This document shows, in pieces, positions 1 through 9,259 of a DNA stretch of 64,000 nucleotides (position 1 is its first letter; each line of letters starts with the position of its first letter). The translations under genes and the position numbers were made by a program. Source of the stretch: Promethearchaeota archaeon Loki_b32 (GTDB lineage Archaea > Asgardarchaeota > Lokiarchaeia > Sigyniarchaeales > SOKP01); the NCBI GenBank assembly GCA_005223125.1, contig NJBH01000001.1, positions 1-64,000 of the forward strand, written 5' to 3'. The notes under the pieces are model-generated. The model made no database searches. It had not been told where the DNA came from and worked only from the letters and a program-made list of their open reading frames with translations.

Positions 1-120
1 AAGCTCTCACTCTTGTTTTTTTTAGGTTTTTATTAGTTGATTCATTCAGATCCAATTTTATCATTCTCTTTTTATGTTTTCTAATGTATCACATCTCAAC
101 AGTATAAACATTTACAATAA

Positions 121-648
121 TTAAGAATAACTTTCAACTTTCAGTATTGATCTCGTTAAAAATTCAAAAATCTGTTCAACATTTTCTCCAGTTTTAGAGG
201 AACATTCGAAGTAGTTAACGATTTTATATTTTTTTGAGATTTTCTCAGCGTATTTTCTGGATATTACTCTTTCTTTATGGAGGTCTAACTTGCCACCAAC
301 CATTAATAGAGGAATTTTCTTTTTTTCATTAGATAAATTGTCTTTGAATAATGTTAACCAATCTTCTATATTCCTTAAACTGGAATAATTAGTGATATCA
401 TACATAATAATACCTCCTGATACGCCCCTCATAAAAATGGGGAACATAAATTGAAACTGAGGATCACTTCTAAGATTCCAAATTTGAAGTATAATTTTAG
501 AAGAATTTATTGTTAAATTTTTAAGCGCAATATCTATGCATACTGATGGCTTTACTTTCTTTTTTTGGATATCTGCTTGGGTTAATGAAGTTTTTCCAAC
601 ATTTCTATCTCCAAAAAGACATATTTTGTAGATTAACTCCTTGCTTAT
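121..648 (-). CDS. Rab-like small GTPase with degenerate G3 motif; probable ATA start
   Basis: Frame of ORF 121..447 stays open up to 648: ISKELIYKICLFGDRNVGKTS (P-loop)...LQIWNLRSDPQFQFMFPIFMRG...GGKLD...ECSSK; AAGGTG RBS and in-frame TAA just upstream of ATA. Confidence 0.85.
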   Translation of the reverse strand: MSKELIYKICLFGDRNVGKTSLTQADIQKKKVKPSVCIDIALKNLTINSSKIILQIWNLRSDPQFQFMFPIFMRGVSGGIIMYDITNYSSLRNIEDWLTLFKDNLSNEKKKIPLLMVGGKLDLHKERVISRKYAEKISKKYKIVNYFECSSKTGENVEQIFEFLTRSILKVESYS

Positions 649-740
649 TTCTTACACCTTTTGTTTCAAGTGCATTCTATAATTTAGCTAAAATATTATT
701 CTTATAGCACTTTCTATAAACTTCTCTATATAACAATCAT

Positions 741-830
741 ACCGACAAAATTTAAATATTTACTTTGATATCCGAAATGATTAATCTAAGCTAATTTTTA
801 TAAGAAAAGAAAAAAAAAGATAAATAATAT
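741..830 (-). repeat. Intergenic repeat copy A (promoter/terminator-like)
   Basis: accgacaaaatttaaatatttactttgatatccgaaatgattaat...taagaaaagaaaaaaaaaga aligns with copies at 1544, 1936, 4704. Confidence 0.85.
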
Positions 831-859
831 TTAGATTTTTCACTAAAATTTTAATAGTA

Positions 860-1450
860 CTAAGGTATTAGGTTTCCAAGATAAGCCCAGCACTCCGCTT
901 CATTCGTAAAAGAGAACGGAAATGGTCCAATGGGGATACCAAAGATTTCAAAATAATAATTTCCTGCAACATATACGGACATTTTTGCATGTCCCACACC
1001 TACTTGTTGATTTACCACGATGGTAGCACCCATAACAAATCCTAATGGATCACCTGAAACCATCCAACTTACACTCATCCATGAGGGTACATTTGAGGTA
1101 TAGAACCATCCATTAACAACAAGATAAACAGTCCGAGTTGAAAATCCATTACCTGAAAACGTAAAAGTAACTGTCTTTAGATCACTTATAAAACCTGGTA
1201 GTTTCCATATTCCGGGGACATTATATTGCGTATGAGCATCTAAGAACTCATATCTATAACAAAAAAATCCCCAATTTCTCTGAGTACCAACAGCCCAATC
1301 ATAAGCATGATTGGTTATTACCCCTGCGATATTAACATGACCTTCACCATCTTCATATTTAATCCACCCTTGAACTGCTGGGGCACCAAATCCAAGGATT
1401 ATTATGCTTAATGATAAAAATAAAATTATTTTTGTTTTTTTTGTTAACAT
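860..1450 (-). CDS. Secreted hypothetical protein
   Basis: 196-aa ORF; basic N-terminus, hydrophobic core and AVQG cleavage-like site; aromatic/Gly-rich mature part. Confidence 0.75.
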   Translation of the reverse strand: MLTKKTKIILFLSLSIIILGFGAPAVQGWIKYEDGEGHVNIAGVITNHAYDWAVGTQRNWGFFCYRYEFLDAHTQYNVPGIWKLPGFISDLKTVTFTFSGNGFSTRTVYLVVNGWFYTSNVPSWMSVSWMVSGDPLGFVMGATIVVNQQVGVGHAKMSVYVAGNYYFEIFGIPIGPFPFSFTNEAECWAYLGNLIP

Positions 1451-1543
1451 TTTTAGTTCCTTTTTTTGAATTTCTTTAGATTATAGATTAATTAAAATTT
1501 AATATGTACAATTTTGTCATGAGATTTCGTTACTATTATTTAG

Positions 1544-1670
1544 GTCGACATAATTTTTAAATCTTTACTTTGATGTCCAAAATGATCAATTTTAACTAAT
1601 TTTTTTAAGAAAAGGGAAAAAAGAGAATCAAAAGTAATTAAACAGACAAAATTTAAATTTTTATTATTTT
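1544..1670 (-). repeat. Intergenic repeat copy B
   Basis: gtcgacataatttttaaatctttactttgatgtccaaaatgatcaat...aagagaatcaaaagtaattaaacagacaaaatttaaat. Confidence 0.9.
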
Positions 1671-1935
1671 CCTAAATTCTTTTATGAGGAGAAGGGAAAA
1701 GATTTACTTTTAAATGTTTATTTTTTTAATAAAGTGAAATTATTTAAATAATAATTTGATTTTACTAATTTTGTTGATCTAAATTCTTACCTAAAGAGAA
1801 GAGAAAAGAAATCTGAGCAATTATAAAAAAATCAGGGAGAGATTAACCTATTTTAAGGTTAATGGAGGGCGAAATCCAATGTTTAGCTCAAATTATCTTT
1901 GAATAAATTTCCCTTCCCTATTTTTATAGATACAT

Positions 1936-2130
1936 TCAAATATTTAAGTTTTTACTTTTATGTCAAAGATGATCAATTCTAATTAAATTTTGTAAGAAAA
2001 GAGAAAAAAGAGAGAATCAAATGTCATTAATCCGACAAAAATCCCAAATCTTACTTTTACTTCATATCAAAAATAAAAACATGTTTTTCTAATATTTACA
2101 CTTTTGGAAAAAAGAGGACTTAAATATGAC
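1936..2130 (-). repeat. Intergenic repeat copy C
   Basis: tatttaagtttttacttttatgtcaaagatgatcaat...agagagaatcaaatgtcattaatccgacaaaa...ttcatatcaaaaataa; aligns with copy D and 4986-5053. Confidence 0.85.
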
Positions 2131-2176
2131 TTTTTTTATAATAATGTAAATCTTTATATTAATCTAATCCCTAATT

Positions 2177-2437
2177 ATGTCCTTAAATTACGAGAAATCC
2201 TTAAAAAATTCAGAAGTTAATTTTAAAATGTTTATAGATTTTGATCCAACCTCTAAAGTTTTTTATCTTAATTATTTTTTTGACGAGTATAAAAGCGTCT
2301 TAAAGATAGCTTTGACATCCTCATTATACGACAATGATAATTTCTGGGATAATACTGCCAATAACGGAGATTGCCTAGATCTGATATATGAGAAATTTGA
2401 TCTTACAAAATATGTGTATTTATTACACCTTCTATAA
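2177..2437 (+). CDS. Hypothetical protein or gene remnant
   Basis: 86-aa ORF, no recognisable motif, opposite to flanking genes. Confidence 0.25.
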   Translation: MSLNYEKSLKNSEVNFKMFIDFDPTSKVFYLNYFFDEYKSVLKIALTSSLYDNDNFWDNTANNGDCLDLIYEKFDLTKYVYLLHLL

Positions 2438-2565
2438 AATTTTGAAATTATATTTCACTATTTATGTCCATCAAAATTTAATTTTTTTCTTTAATTTTAT
2501 TTTTATTGATGCTTCTGAAATGAAACACACTAACAATAAAAAAAATTATTTAATTATTAATTTAT

Positions 2566-3411
2566 TTATGCTAAATAACTATAATGATTTACATAGTAAG
2601 GTTCTTGCCAAACAGTTCCAGATATACCACCAGTAAAAGTCCACCAAATTTCGTAATGGACATGATTATAATCTCCGTAATGCACATACCATACCCCATC
2701 AGATTGGGGTTCGATGTAATAAACATCAAGATAATTATCAGAATCACTTCCATCTTGACAATAGATTAGATTAAAAGCATGTCCATATGAACCATAAGGA
2801 TCAGAAGGGTCTTGCCAACCAAAATCTCCATTATAACTATAAAACATACAAGCAATTCTCATTCTCCAGTTCATCGCCTTAGCTCTAACCATAAGCATAG
2901 CAGAGAAATCACCACACATCCAATTTTCAGTATATGACATATCATCAGTATCATCAATAGCTAACCAATTTTGAACTTGACTAATAGTTGGTATTACAGG
3001 ATTAGTTAATGGATCTTCAAGAACGCTAAGTATTGAATAATATTCACCAAATAGAAAATTATAATCAGTAAATAATTCATTATAATCATCTAAGAGGTCG
3101 TCATAGCCTTGTTCTAAATCCTCATAATCTCCAGATAAATCATTATATCTATTATTTATTTGTATGTATAATATTCCTAATACTCCCGCTAATACACATA
3201 CAACTATTAATGATATAGAAAGCACAAATACCTTCTTATTTTTTACAAATCTTTTTTCTTTGTTTATATTTTTATTTATAGTCGTTATTTGATGAGGAAT
3301 TATAATTTCTTGTTCTTCTATTTCCTTTAGTTCTTTTAATGATGTTCCACAGCTTGGACAGATAACCCAATGTTCTTCCAATTTATTTCCGCATTTTGTA
3401 CAAAAATTCAT
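2566..3411 (-). CDS. Zinc-ribbon / TM / coiled-coil protein with C-terminal transglutaminase- or papain-like domain
   Basis: CTKC..CPSC, single TM, heptad YxDL repeats, then CGDFS, GHAFN, YIEPQ (Cys-His-acid arrangement); GAGGTG RBS. Confidence 0.75.
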   Translation of the reverse strand: MNFCTKCGNKLEEHWVICPSCGTSLKELKEIEEQEIIIPHQITTINKNINKEKRFVKNKKVFVLSISLIVVCVLAGVLGILYIQINNRYNDLSGDYEDLEQGYDDLLDDYNELFTDYNFLFGEYYSILSVLEDPLTNPVIPTISQVQNWLAIDDTDDMSYTENWMCGDFSAMLMVRAKAMNWRMRIACMFYSYNGDFGWQDPSDPYGSYGHAFNLIYCQDGSDSDNYLDVYYIEPQSDGVWYVHYGDYNHVHYEIWWTFTGGISGTVWQEPYYVNHYSYLA

Positions 3412-3429
3412 TTGTTATTACACCTCTTT

Positions 3430-3480
3430 TTGTTAAATCTTTTGGTAATATCTTAATGCCAACGACATAATTTTTAAATT
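3430..3480 (-). repeat. Short repeat copy E (promoter core plus leader)
   Basis: cgacataatttttaaat identical to copy B core; leader ATATTACCA(A/G)AAGATTT shared with copy D. Confidence 0.7.
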
Positions 3481-4438
3481 ACTCTATTGGTTTTATAACT
3501 TCTTCTGAAATTCTTTTTTTACGTTTATGAACAATAACTACAGGAATAACAATAGCAGAAACTATAGCAGAAATTACAACAATTATTAAAATAATATTAA
3601 TAATGATATTTGTTATTTGATTGTTTGTTTCTGGGATTTCTTCTGCTTCCATTAATGAGAAAATACCAAAATAAAAACTATAAAATATATATTTCCCTGC
3701 ACCTTGCCCTAAATCATTAGTTGTTATAATATCACGAGCACCATAGTCCATTACATCATGAGAACCATCTAATTTTGCATAAGAATATAAAGAATTAACA
3801 TTAGCATAATAAATCTCATTTCCTCCTAAATAATCATGGTGTAATCCATCATGTCCTGTTTGATATTCTGTATATGAATCTAATTCAATTATTCCTACCA
3901 TAATTGCATTTGTATAAAAATCCCAATATTCAGTTGATATTTCAGTATCTAAAGGAACTATTGGAATTTCTAAAACTCCAATTCCATAAGAACCTCTATG
4001 ACTATCAAAACCTTCTATTCCCCAACGTATTGTTATATTATATAAACCTGTTTGAGATGGATTAATATAAAGAAAATAACATAACGGAATATTTTCAGGA
4101 ATATATTCATAATAATAATCTATTGTTGTATTTACAGCTAAATGAATCCTTATTTCTGAATTTTCCATATCCATATAACCCATCGGATCATAAAATAAAT
4201 AATGTTTGTTTGATTCAAGAAATACTTGATGATAAAAGTATTCAACTTCAGTTGCATGAATCCATCCATCCGATGTAAAATATATTGTATCAACTGAAAA
4301 TAAAAACGGATTTGAAGGATTAGTTCGTTGTTCATATACTCCCACATATGCTTCTGATTGTGGAATAGTTATAATTGTTATTCCAGAAAAAGTTAATATA
4401 CCTAACAAGGTTAATAATACTAATTTTTTATTTTTCAA
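3479..4438 (-). CDS. Cell-surface protein with signal peptide and C-terminal TM anchor plus basic tail
   Basis: N-terminal KNKK plus hydrophobic stretch; C-terminal IIINIILIIVVISAIVSAIVIPVVIV followed by HKRKKR. Confidence 0.8.
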   Translation of the reverse strand: MKNKKLVLLTLLGILTFSGITIITIPQSEAYVGVYEQRTNPSNPFLFSVDTIYFTSDGWIHATEVEYFYHQVFLESNKHYLFYDPMGYMDMENSEIRIHLAVNTTIDYYYEYIPENIPLCYFLYINPSQTGLYNITIRWGIEGFDSHRGSYGIGVLEIPIVPLDTEISTEYWDFYTNAIMVGIIELDSYTEYQTGHDGLHHDYLGGNEIYYANVNSLYSYAKLDGSHDVMDYGARDIITTNDLGQGAGKYIFYSFYFGIFSLMEAEEIPETNNQITNIIINIILIIVVISAIVSAIVIPVVIVHKRKKRISEEVIKPIE

Positions 4439-4650
4439 TTTATTTTTTTTAAAATTTTAAATTTATCTACTAAACTTTTCATTGAAGGATACACAGAAAC
4501 AGCAGGGGAATTTTTAACTGTTAAATCCCTACAAATAATTAATTCTCTACATATATAATAGAGAAATCGTTTTATTCTTCCATTTTTATATAAAATTTCT
4601 TTTTCAAGTTTTTCTTCTTTATAGATTGTCTTAATTTCCAATCTATTCAA
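4435..4650 (-). CDS. Small hypothetical protein
   Basis: 71-aa TTG ORF directly behind repeat D, overlaps next start by TTGA. Confidence 0.35.
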   Translation of the reverse strand: MNRLEIKTIYKEEKLEKEILYKNGRIKRFLYYICRELIICRDLTVKNSPAVSVYPSMKSLVDKFKILKKIN

Positions 4651-4669
4651 CCTTTTTTTTAAATTTGCA

Positions 4670-5070
4670 TTTTTCTAAAATCTTCTGGTAATATGATAAT
4701 CTTACCGACAAAATTTAAATCTTTACTTAAATGTCGAAAATAATCAATTTTAATTAATTTTTGTAGAAAAAGCGAAAAAAGAGAGAATCAAAAGTAATTA
4801 AACCGAAAAAAATTTAAATCTTATTTTTACTTCCAATCTTCCCTCACCCTCTCTCAGAAACATCCTTATTCTGTGAAGGTTTTCTGATTTAGTAAAGAAG
4901 TGAAAAAGTTTTATGAAAAAGCTTAATGAGCAATTGAATATGGTATTATAAATTAAGGGCTAAAAAGAAAAAGAATTAATATAATTCATATCAAAAATAA
5001 GAATATATTTTTTTATTATTTACATTTATGGAAAAAAAAGGATTTAAATAAAATTTAATTTTTGTCTGTT
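4670..5070 (-). repeat. Intergenic repeat copy D (interrupted), with an inverted core copy at 5051-5070
   Basis: CGACA-N21-TGTCG at 4706-4736; aligns with C except for about 150 extra bp at 4834-4985; 5051-5070 reverse complement aacagacaaaaattaaattt matches 1641-1660 with one mismatch. Confidence 0.85.
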
Positions 5071-5120
5071 TTCTCAACCGAATTGGTTAAAGATTAAACC
5101 AAAAAAAAAGATTAGTTATT

Positions 5121-5381
5121 TTAAAGGTCTTCTGGTTTTACTAATTCACATTTTTGATCGGAAACAAATATAGGAATTGTTTGATATTCAACATAACCCT
5201 TACATCTTGCTATCATAAATAAAGGAACTTGACTTCCATTATGTAATACTTTCGCGTTTGAGATTCCATGGCATAAACTCTTTACTTTTTTTCCTGTAGT
5301 AGACCCAATTTCTCCCTTTGGACCGATTTCCCATTTGAATAGAATTGATTCTTGATTATTTAGATAATTTTGTATTGATAT
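5121..5381 (-). CDS. Hypothetical protein (86 aa), probable ATA start; absent from ORF track
   Basis: Open frame (M)SIQNYLNNQESILFKWEIGPKGEIG...CELVKPEDL; TGAGGT then in-frame TAA then ATA; T-run after stop. Confidence 0.55.
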   Translation of the reverse strand: MSIQNYLNNQESILFKWEIGPKGEIGSTTGKKVKSLCHGISNAKVLHNGSQVPLFMIARCKGYVEYQTIPIFVSDQKCELVKPEDL

Positions 5382-5548
5382 TTAACCTCAAATATTATTA
5401 ATTAGTTATTAAATTTTAAATGTTTTTATTGTAATTAAAATTAGAACTGGTTGAAATAAAAGTAAAGATTTAAAGTTTCGGAATATTCTTCTTATTTGTA
5501 CTAAATGCTATAGAGAACCCTATAGAAAAACTTGATGAGATTATAAAA

Positions 5549-7006
5549 ATGAATAGTAGACCATTTGTTTCAGATTTAGATGATCTTAGAGGGGACGAGG
5601 GGTACCTTAGCGAGTCACTAAGTATTATCAAAAATTCTTACAATGTAGAGAACCCTTTAATCTCCGTTGTAATTCCTCTGTATAACGAAGAATTTTCCAT
5701 TAAAGATGTAATTGACAGGATTCCAAATCATAGATTACTAGAGATTATTATAGTTGATGATGGTTCTACTGACAAAGGCGTGAAGAAAGTCAAAGAAATT
5801 AAAGATATGGATATTAAAATAATTAAACATGAAAAAAATCAAGGCTATGGCGCAGCATTATTATCTGGTATTAGACATGCCACTGGAGATATTATCGTCA
5901 CAATGGATTCTGATGGCCAACATAATCCTGAAGAAATTCCTAATCTGATAAAACCAATTATTAATAACAAAGCTGATTTTGTTGTTGGATCAAGATATTT
6001 AGGTAAGTTTAATTATAAAAATCCTCTCTATGCTCGCGCAGGAGCATATTTTATAAGAATATTCTTTAGAATGTTATTTCTTCAAAGAGTACATGATAAC
6101 CTAAGTGGTTTTAGAGCTTTTAAGAAAGAAATCACTAAAATTTTAGGGAATATGCGATATACAGGAATGGGCTTTACTACAGAATTATTATATAAAGTCG
6201 CATTTTATCAATACAAAATTGTTGAAACTCCAGTTTACGTCAATCCCAGACAATATGGTATTTCTAGTATCAATCTTATAAGAGCTCTCATATCAATCTC
6301 TTCTTGTATCTTATATTATATTTTAAGAAAATTAACACATAAAATGCAATCGCTTAAAAGTAAATTCAATTTCAATCAAATTAGTAAAAGAGCTATTAAA
6401 AATTTTGAAATGTCTGATTTTAAAGCTAATGTTATTCCAAAAAATACATACATGTGGAGAGAACGTTCAAAATTCATAGAAGAAATTGAATCTAAAAGAG
6501 ATTATAAAATTGGCATAAATTCTAATATAAGACAACCAACTATTATTTATTCTGGAAATAGAATTAAAGAAAATTTTCAAACAGGACATTTTGTAACTAT
6601 CAGAGAAAATAATAAAATTGGAAATAATGTTAGTATTGGGTCTCATTCTAATATAGAACATCACGTTATCATTGAGGATAATGTTCGTATTCACTCTAAT
6701 TGTTTTGTTCCAGAATTTTCAATTCTGAAACATGATTGCTGGTTAGGCCCAAACGTTGTATTATGTAATACAAGATATCCTAAATCTATTGATGTAAAAA
6801 AGAATCTTGTTGGTCCAACTATACAGGAATATGCAATAATTGGAGCAAATTCTACGATTTCGTCCGGTGTCAAAGTTGGAAGACATGCTTTAATTGGTGC
6901 TGGTACAGTTGTTGTGAGAGATGTACAAGATTATGCGATTGTTACAGGGAATCCTGGAAAAAAAATAGGAGATGTAAGGAATCTTAATAAGTACAAGGAG
7001 GAGTAG
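5549..7006 (+). CDS. GT2 (DPM1-like) glycosyltransferase fused to hexapeptide-repeat N-acetyltransferase (WbpD-like)
   Basis: SVVIPLYNEE, VDDGSTD, DSDGQH; C-terminal IGNNVSIG, IGANSTI, GAGTVV, GNPGKKI left-handed beta-helix motifs. Confidence 0.85.
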   Translation: MNSRPFVSDLDDLRGDEGYLSESLSIIKNSYNVENPLISVVIPLYNEEFSIKDVIDRIPNHRLLEIIIVDDGSTDKGVKKVKEIKDMDIKIIKHEKNQGYGAALLSGIRHATGDIIVTMDSDGQHNPEEIPNLIKPIINNKADFVVGSRYLGKFNYKNPLYARAGAYFIRIFFRMLFLQRVHDNLSGFRAFKKEITKILGNMRYTGMGFTTELLYKVAFYQYKIVETPVYVNPRQYGISSINLIRALISISSCILYYILRKLTHKMQSLKSKFNFNQISKRAIKNFEMSDFKANVIPKNTYMWRERSKFIEEIESKRDYKIGINSNIRQPTIIYSGNRIKENFQTGHFVTIRENNKIGNNVSIGSHSNIEHHVIIEDNVRIHSNCFVPEFSILKHDCWLGPNVVLCNTRYPKSIDVKKNLVGPTIQEYAIIGANSTISSGVKVGRHALIGAGTVVVRDVQDYAIVTGNPGKKIGDVRNLNKYKEE

Positions 7007-7840
7007 TTGTTTAGAGGATTTTCTAAAACTGTTCTATCTTACCATCATTATAAATTTAAAAAAAATTCAGGGATGTCTTATTTGGTTTATAAAGGAAAGA
7101 AAATTTCAATAACTATACCTGCTTATAATGAGGAGCGTTTAATAATTCCTACAATAATGGGAATTCCCGATTTTGTTGATAAAGTATTTGTAATAGATGA
7201 TGGGAGTAAAGATTTGACATCAGGTTTAGTTCAAAGATTAGACGATCCAAAAATAATTCTAATAAAATTAACTAAAAATCAAGGAGTTGGAAATGCAATC
7301 AAAATGGGTTATATAGCATCTTTACAACACAATATGGATATTGTAGCTGTAGTGGGCGCTGATCATCAATTTGATTTAGAACAATTGCCTTTATTATTAG
7401 ACCCAATTGTAAATGATGAAGCTGATTATACAAAGGGAAATCGATTCTTAGTCGATGCTAAAGAAGTAATGCCTAATAAAAGATATTTTGGAAATATTTT
7501 TCTTTCGATTCTAACAAGAATGGGATCAGGCGTTCATAAAATATTCGATACACAAGATGGATTTACTGCTATCTCAAGGAAAGTAATTGAAACAGTTGAT
7601 TGGGATCTTTTTTGGGACGGATATGGCTATGTATCTGATTTCATTATAAGAATTGCGGCTTATGGATTTCGTATTAAGGATGTTCCAAGAAGATCGATTT
7701 ATCTCGAAGGAGAAAAACAATCAAACATTGTTATTTCTAAATATATAAAGCGAAATTTATTCATGATATTAAAAGGATGGCTGTGGAGAATAATCCATCA
7801 AAGGAAGATTAAAAATAATCGAAAAGATAAAAAGCTTTAA
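7007..7840 (+). CDS. GT2 glycosyltransferase
   Basis: ITIPAYNEE, IDDGSKD, GADHQ, KGNRF, DTQDGFTA; start may be ATG 7073. Confidence 0.9.
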   Translation: MFRGFSKTVLSYHHYKFKKNSGMSYLVYKGKKISITIPAYNEERLIIPTIMGIPDFVDKVFVIDDGSKDLTSGLVQRLDDPKIILIKLTKNQGVGNAIKMGYIASLQHNMDIVAVVGADHQFDLEQLPLLLDPIVNDEADYTKGNRFLVDAKEVMPNKRYFGNIFLSILTRMGSGVHKIFDTQDGFTAISRKVIETVDWDLFWDGYGYVSDFIIRIAAYGFRIKDVPRRSIYLEGEKQSNIVISKYIKRNLFMILKGWLWRIIHQRKIKNNRKDKKL

Positions 7841-7853
7841 AATCGTTAGAGAA

Positions 7854-8165
7854 ATGATAAAAATGGCGAGTTTAATATTTAGAATAATTGTTAATTTCAT
7901 AATTGGAGGGTTGATATTTGTTTTCGGGTTAGCTTTTATCGGATCAATTCTTCTATTAATATTTAATAAAATATCATTAATTTTTCTAATCCCCTTTATT
8001 CCATTCTGGATCATTATTCTTCTTTTTGAAAGAGAATTTCTTTGGACTTTAATATTTTTGTTGAAAAAAGCACCATACAGTCATTTAAGTAAAACCTCAA
8101 GAAAACACGAAAAAATTTTAGAAGATTATTTAAAAACACAAAATAAGACAAAGGGAGAATCCTGA
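7854..8165 (+). CDS. Small membrane protein
   Basis: Two hydrophobic segments, basic C-terminus, operonic spacing. Confidence 0.6.
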   Translation: MIKMASLIFRIIVNFIIGGLIFVFGLAFIGSILLLIFNKISLIFLIPFIPFWIIILLFEREFLWTLIFLLKKAPYSHLSKTSRKHEKILEDYLKTQNKTKGES

Positions 8166-8251
8166 GGATTATTTTTAATCTTAATTTATCTGAGATTTAA
8201 TATTTATTTTTTATATATTCTATAATCTTTTTTAGATCTATCTATCATATT

Positions 8252-9259
8252 TTAAAAATAGATTCTCTCATTTTTTTCTGCTGAGAGTATTGCTTTTTCA
8301 CACATTCTTACTGCATTATATCCCACTAAACCATCTGAGTTTGGAGCTGTTCTAGTTTCAATACATTTAATAAAGTGAAGGATTTCTTGCTTCAAAGGTT
8401 CTTTATATTCGATAACGATCTTATGAATTCCATTATTATGCTTTTCGAAGATTACTTTATCATTAACTTTACTGCTCCTTATACTCGAATCAAATATTTG
8501 ATATTCAGACGGAGTAAGATAATTTACGTAGCCACTCTTTTCAGATCCAATTATTAGTAGTTCTCTTCGTTTACCATAAATAGGAATATTCCAACTTTCC
8601 ATTATATAACCTTTAGTATTATTATCGAAATTTAGAGATATGTTTGTTATTTCGGTAACTACTTCTTGATTAAACTTTCCATTATCTACTAAAATAGATT
8701 CTGGTTCCTTTTTATTTAATAAATAACATGTAAGATCAAGATCGTGAACTGCTAATGCTAATATTACACCCATATCTTTTTTAGGGACTCCTAACGCGAG
8801 TCTAAATGACAAAATCATTTGAATTTTTCCAAATTCACCAATATCCATTCTTTTTTTAATCTCTTCAACCGCAGGGTGATATCTGAAAAGATGACCAACC
8901 ATTAGGATTCTTCTTTTTTGTTTTGCTAAATCAATTAACTTCCTAGCATTATCAGATTTGAGAGTTATTGGTTTTTCCACAAATACATCCTTACCACTCT
9001 CTAAAGACAGTTTAGATAATTCATAATGAGTTGATGAGGGAGTAATAATCGCGACAGCAGTTATTTTATCGTCATTTAATAATTCCTTTATATTTGTTGT
9101 ATAATCTATTGAATTAATCTCAGAGATTTCTTTAACTCTCTCCTCATCAATGTCACAAATCTTTAAATAATCAATCTTTTTCTCAAAAAGTAGAGATTTA
9201 TAAATTGTTAAGTGATTCTTACCCCAATATCCCATTCCAACTATACCAATACCAACCAT
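8252..9259 (-). CDS. Gfo/Idh/MocA oxidoreductase (WbpB/WlbA-like sugar 3-dehydrogenase)
   Basis: GMGYWG, VFVEKP, MVGHLFRYHP, HDLD; coupled to DegT gene. Confidence 0.9.
   Translation of the reverse strand: MVGIGIVGMGYWGKNHLTIYKSLLFEKKIDYLKICDIDEERVKEISEINSIDYTTNIKELLNDDKITAVAIITPSSTHYELSKLSLESGKDVFVEKPITLKSDNARKLIDLAKQKRRILMVGHLFRYHPAVEEIKKRMDIGEFGKIQMILSFRLALGVPKKDMGVILALAVHDLDLTCYLLNKKEPESILVDNGKFNQEVVTEITNISLNFDNNTKGYIMESWNIPIYGKRRELLIIGSEKSGYVNYLTPSEYQIFDSSIRSSKVNDKVIFEKHNNGIHKIVIEYKEPLKQEILHFIKCIETRTAPNSDGLVGYNAVRMCEKAILSAEKNERIYF

Noticed and set aside
741-5070. CRISPR array or canonical integron attC sites
   Set aside because: The repeats are long, degenerate and separated by whole genes. 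No clear RYYYAAC/GTTRRRY box pairs and no cas or integrase gene in the window.
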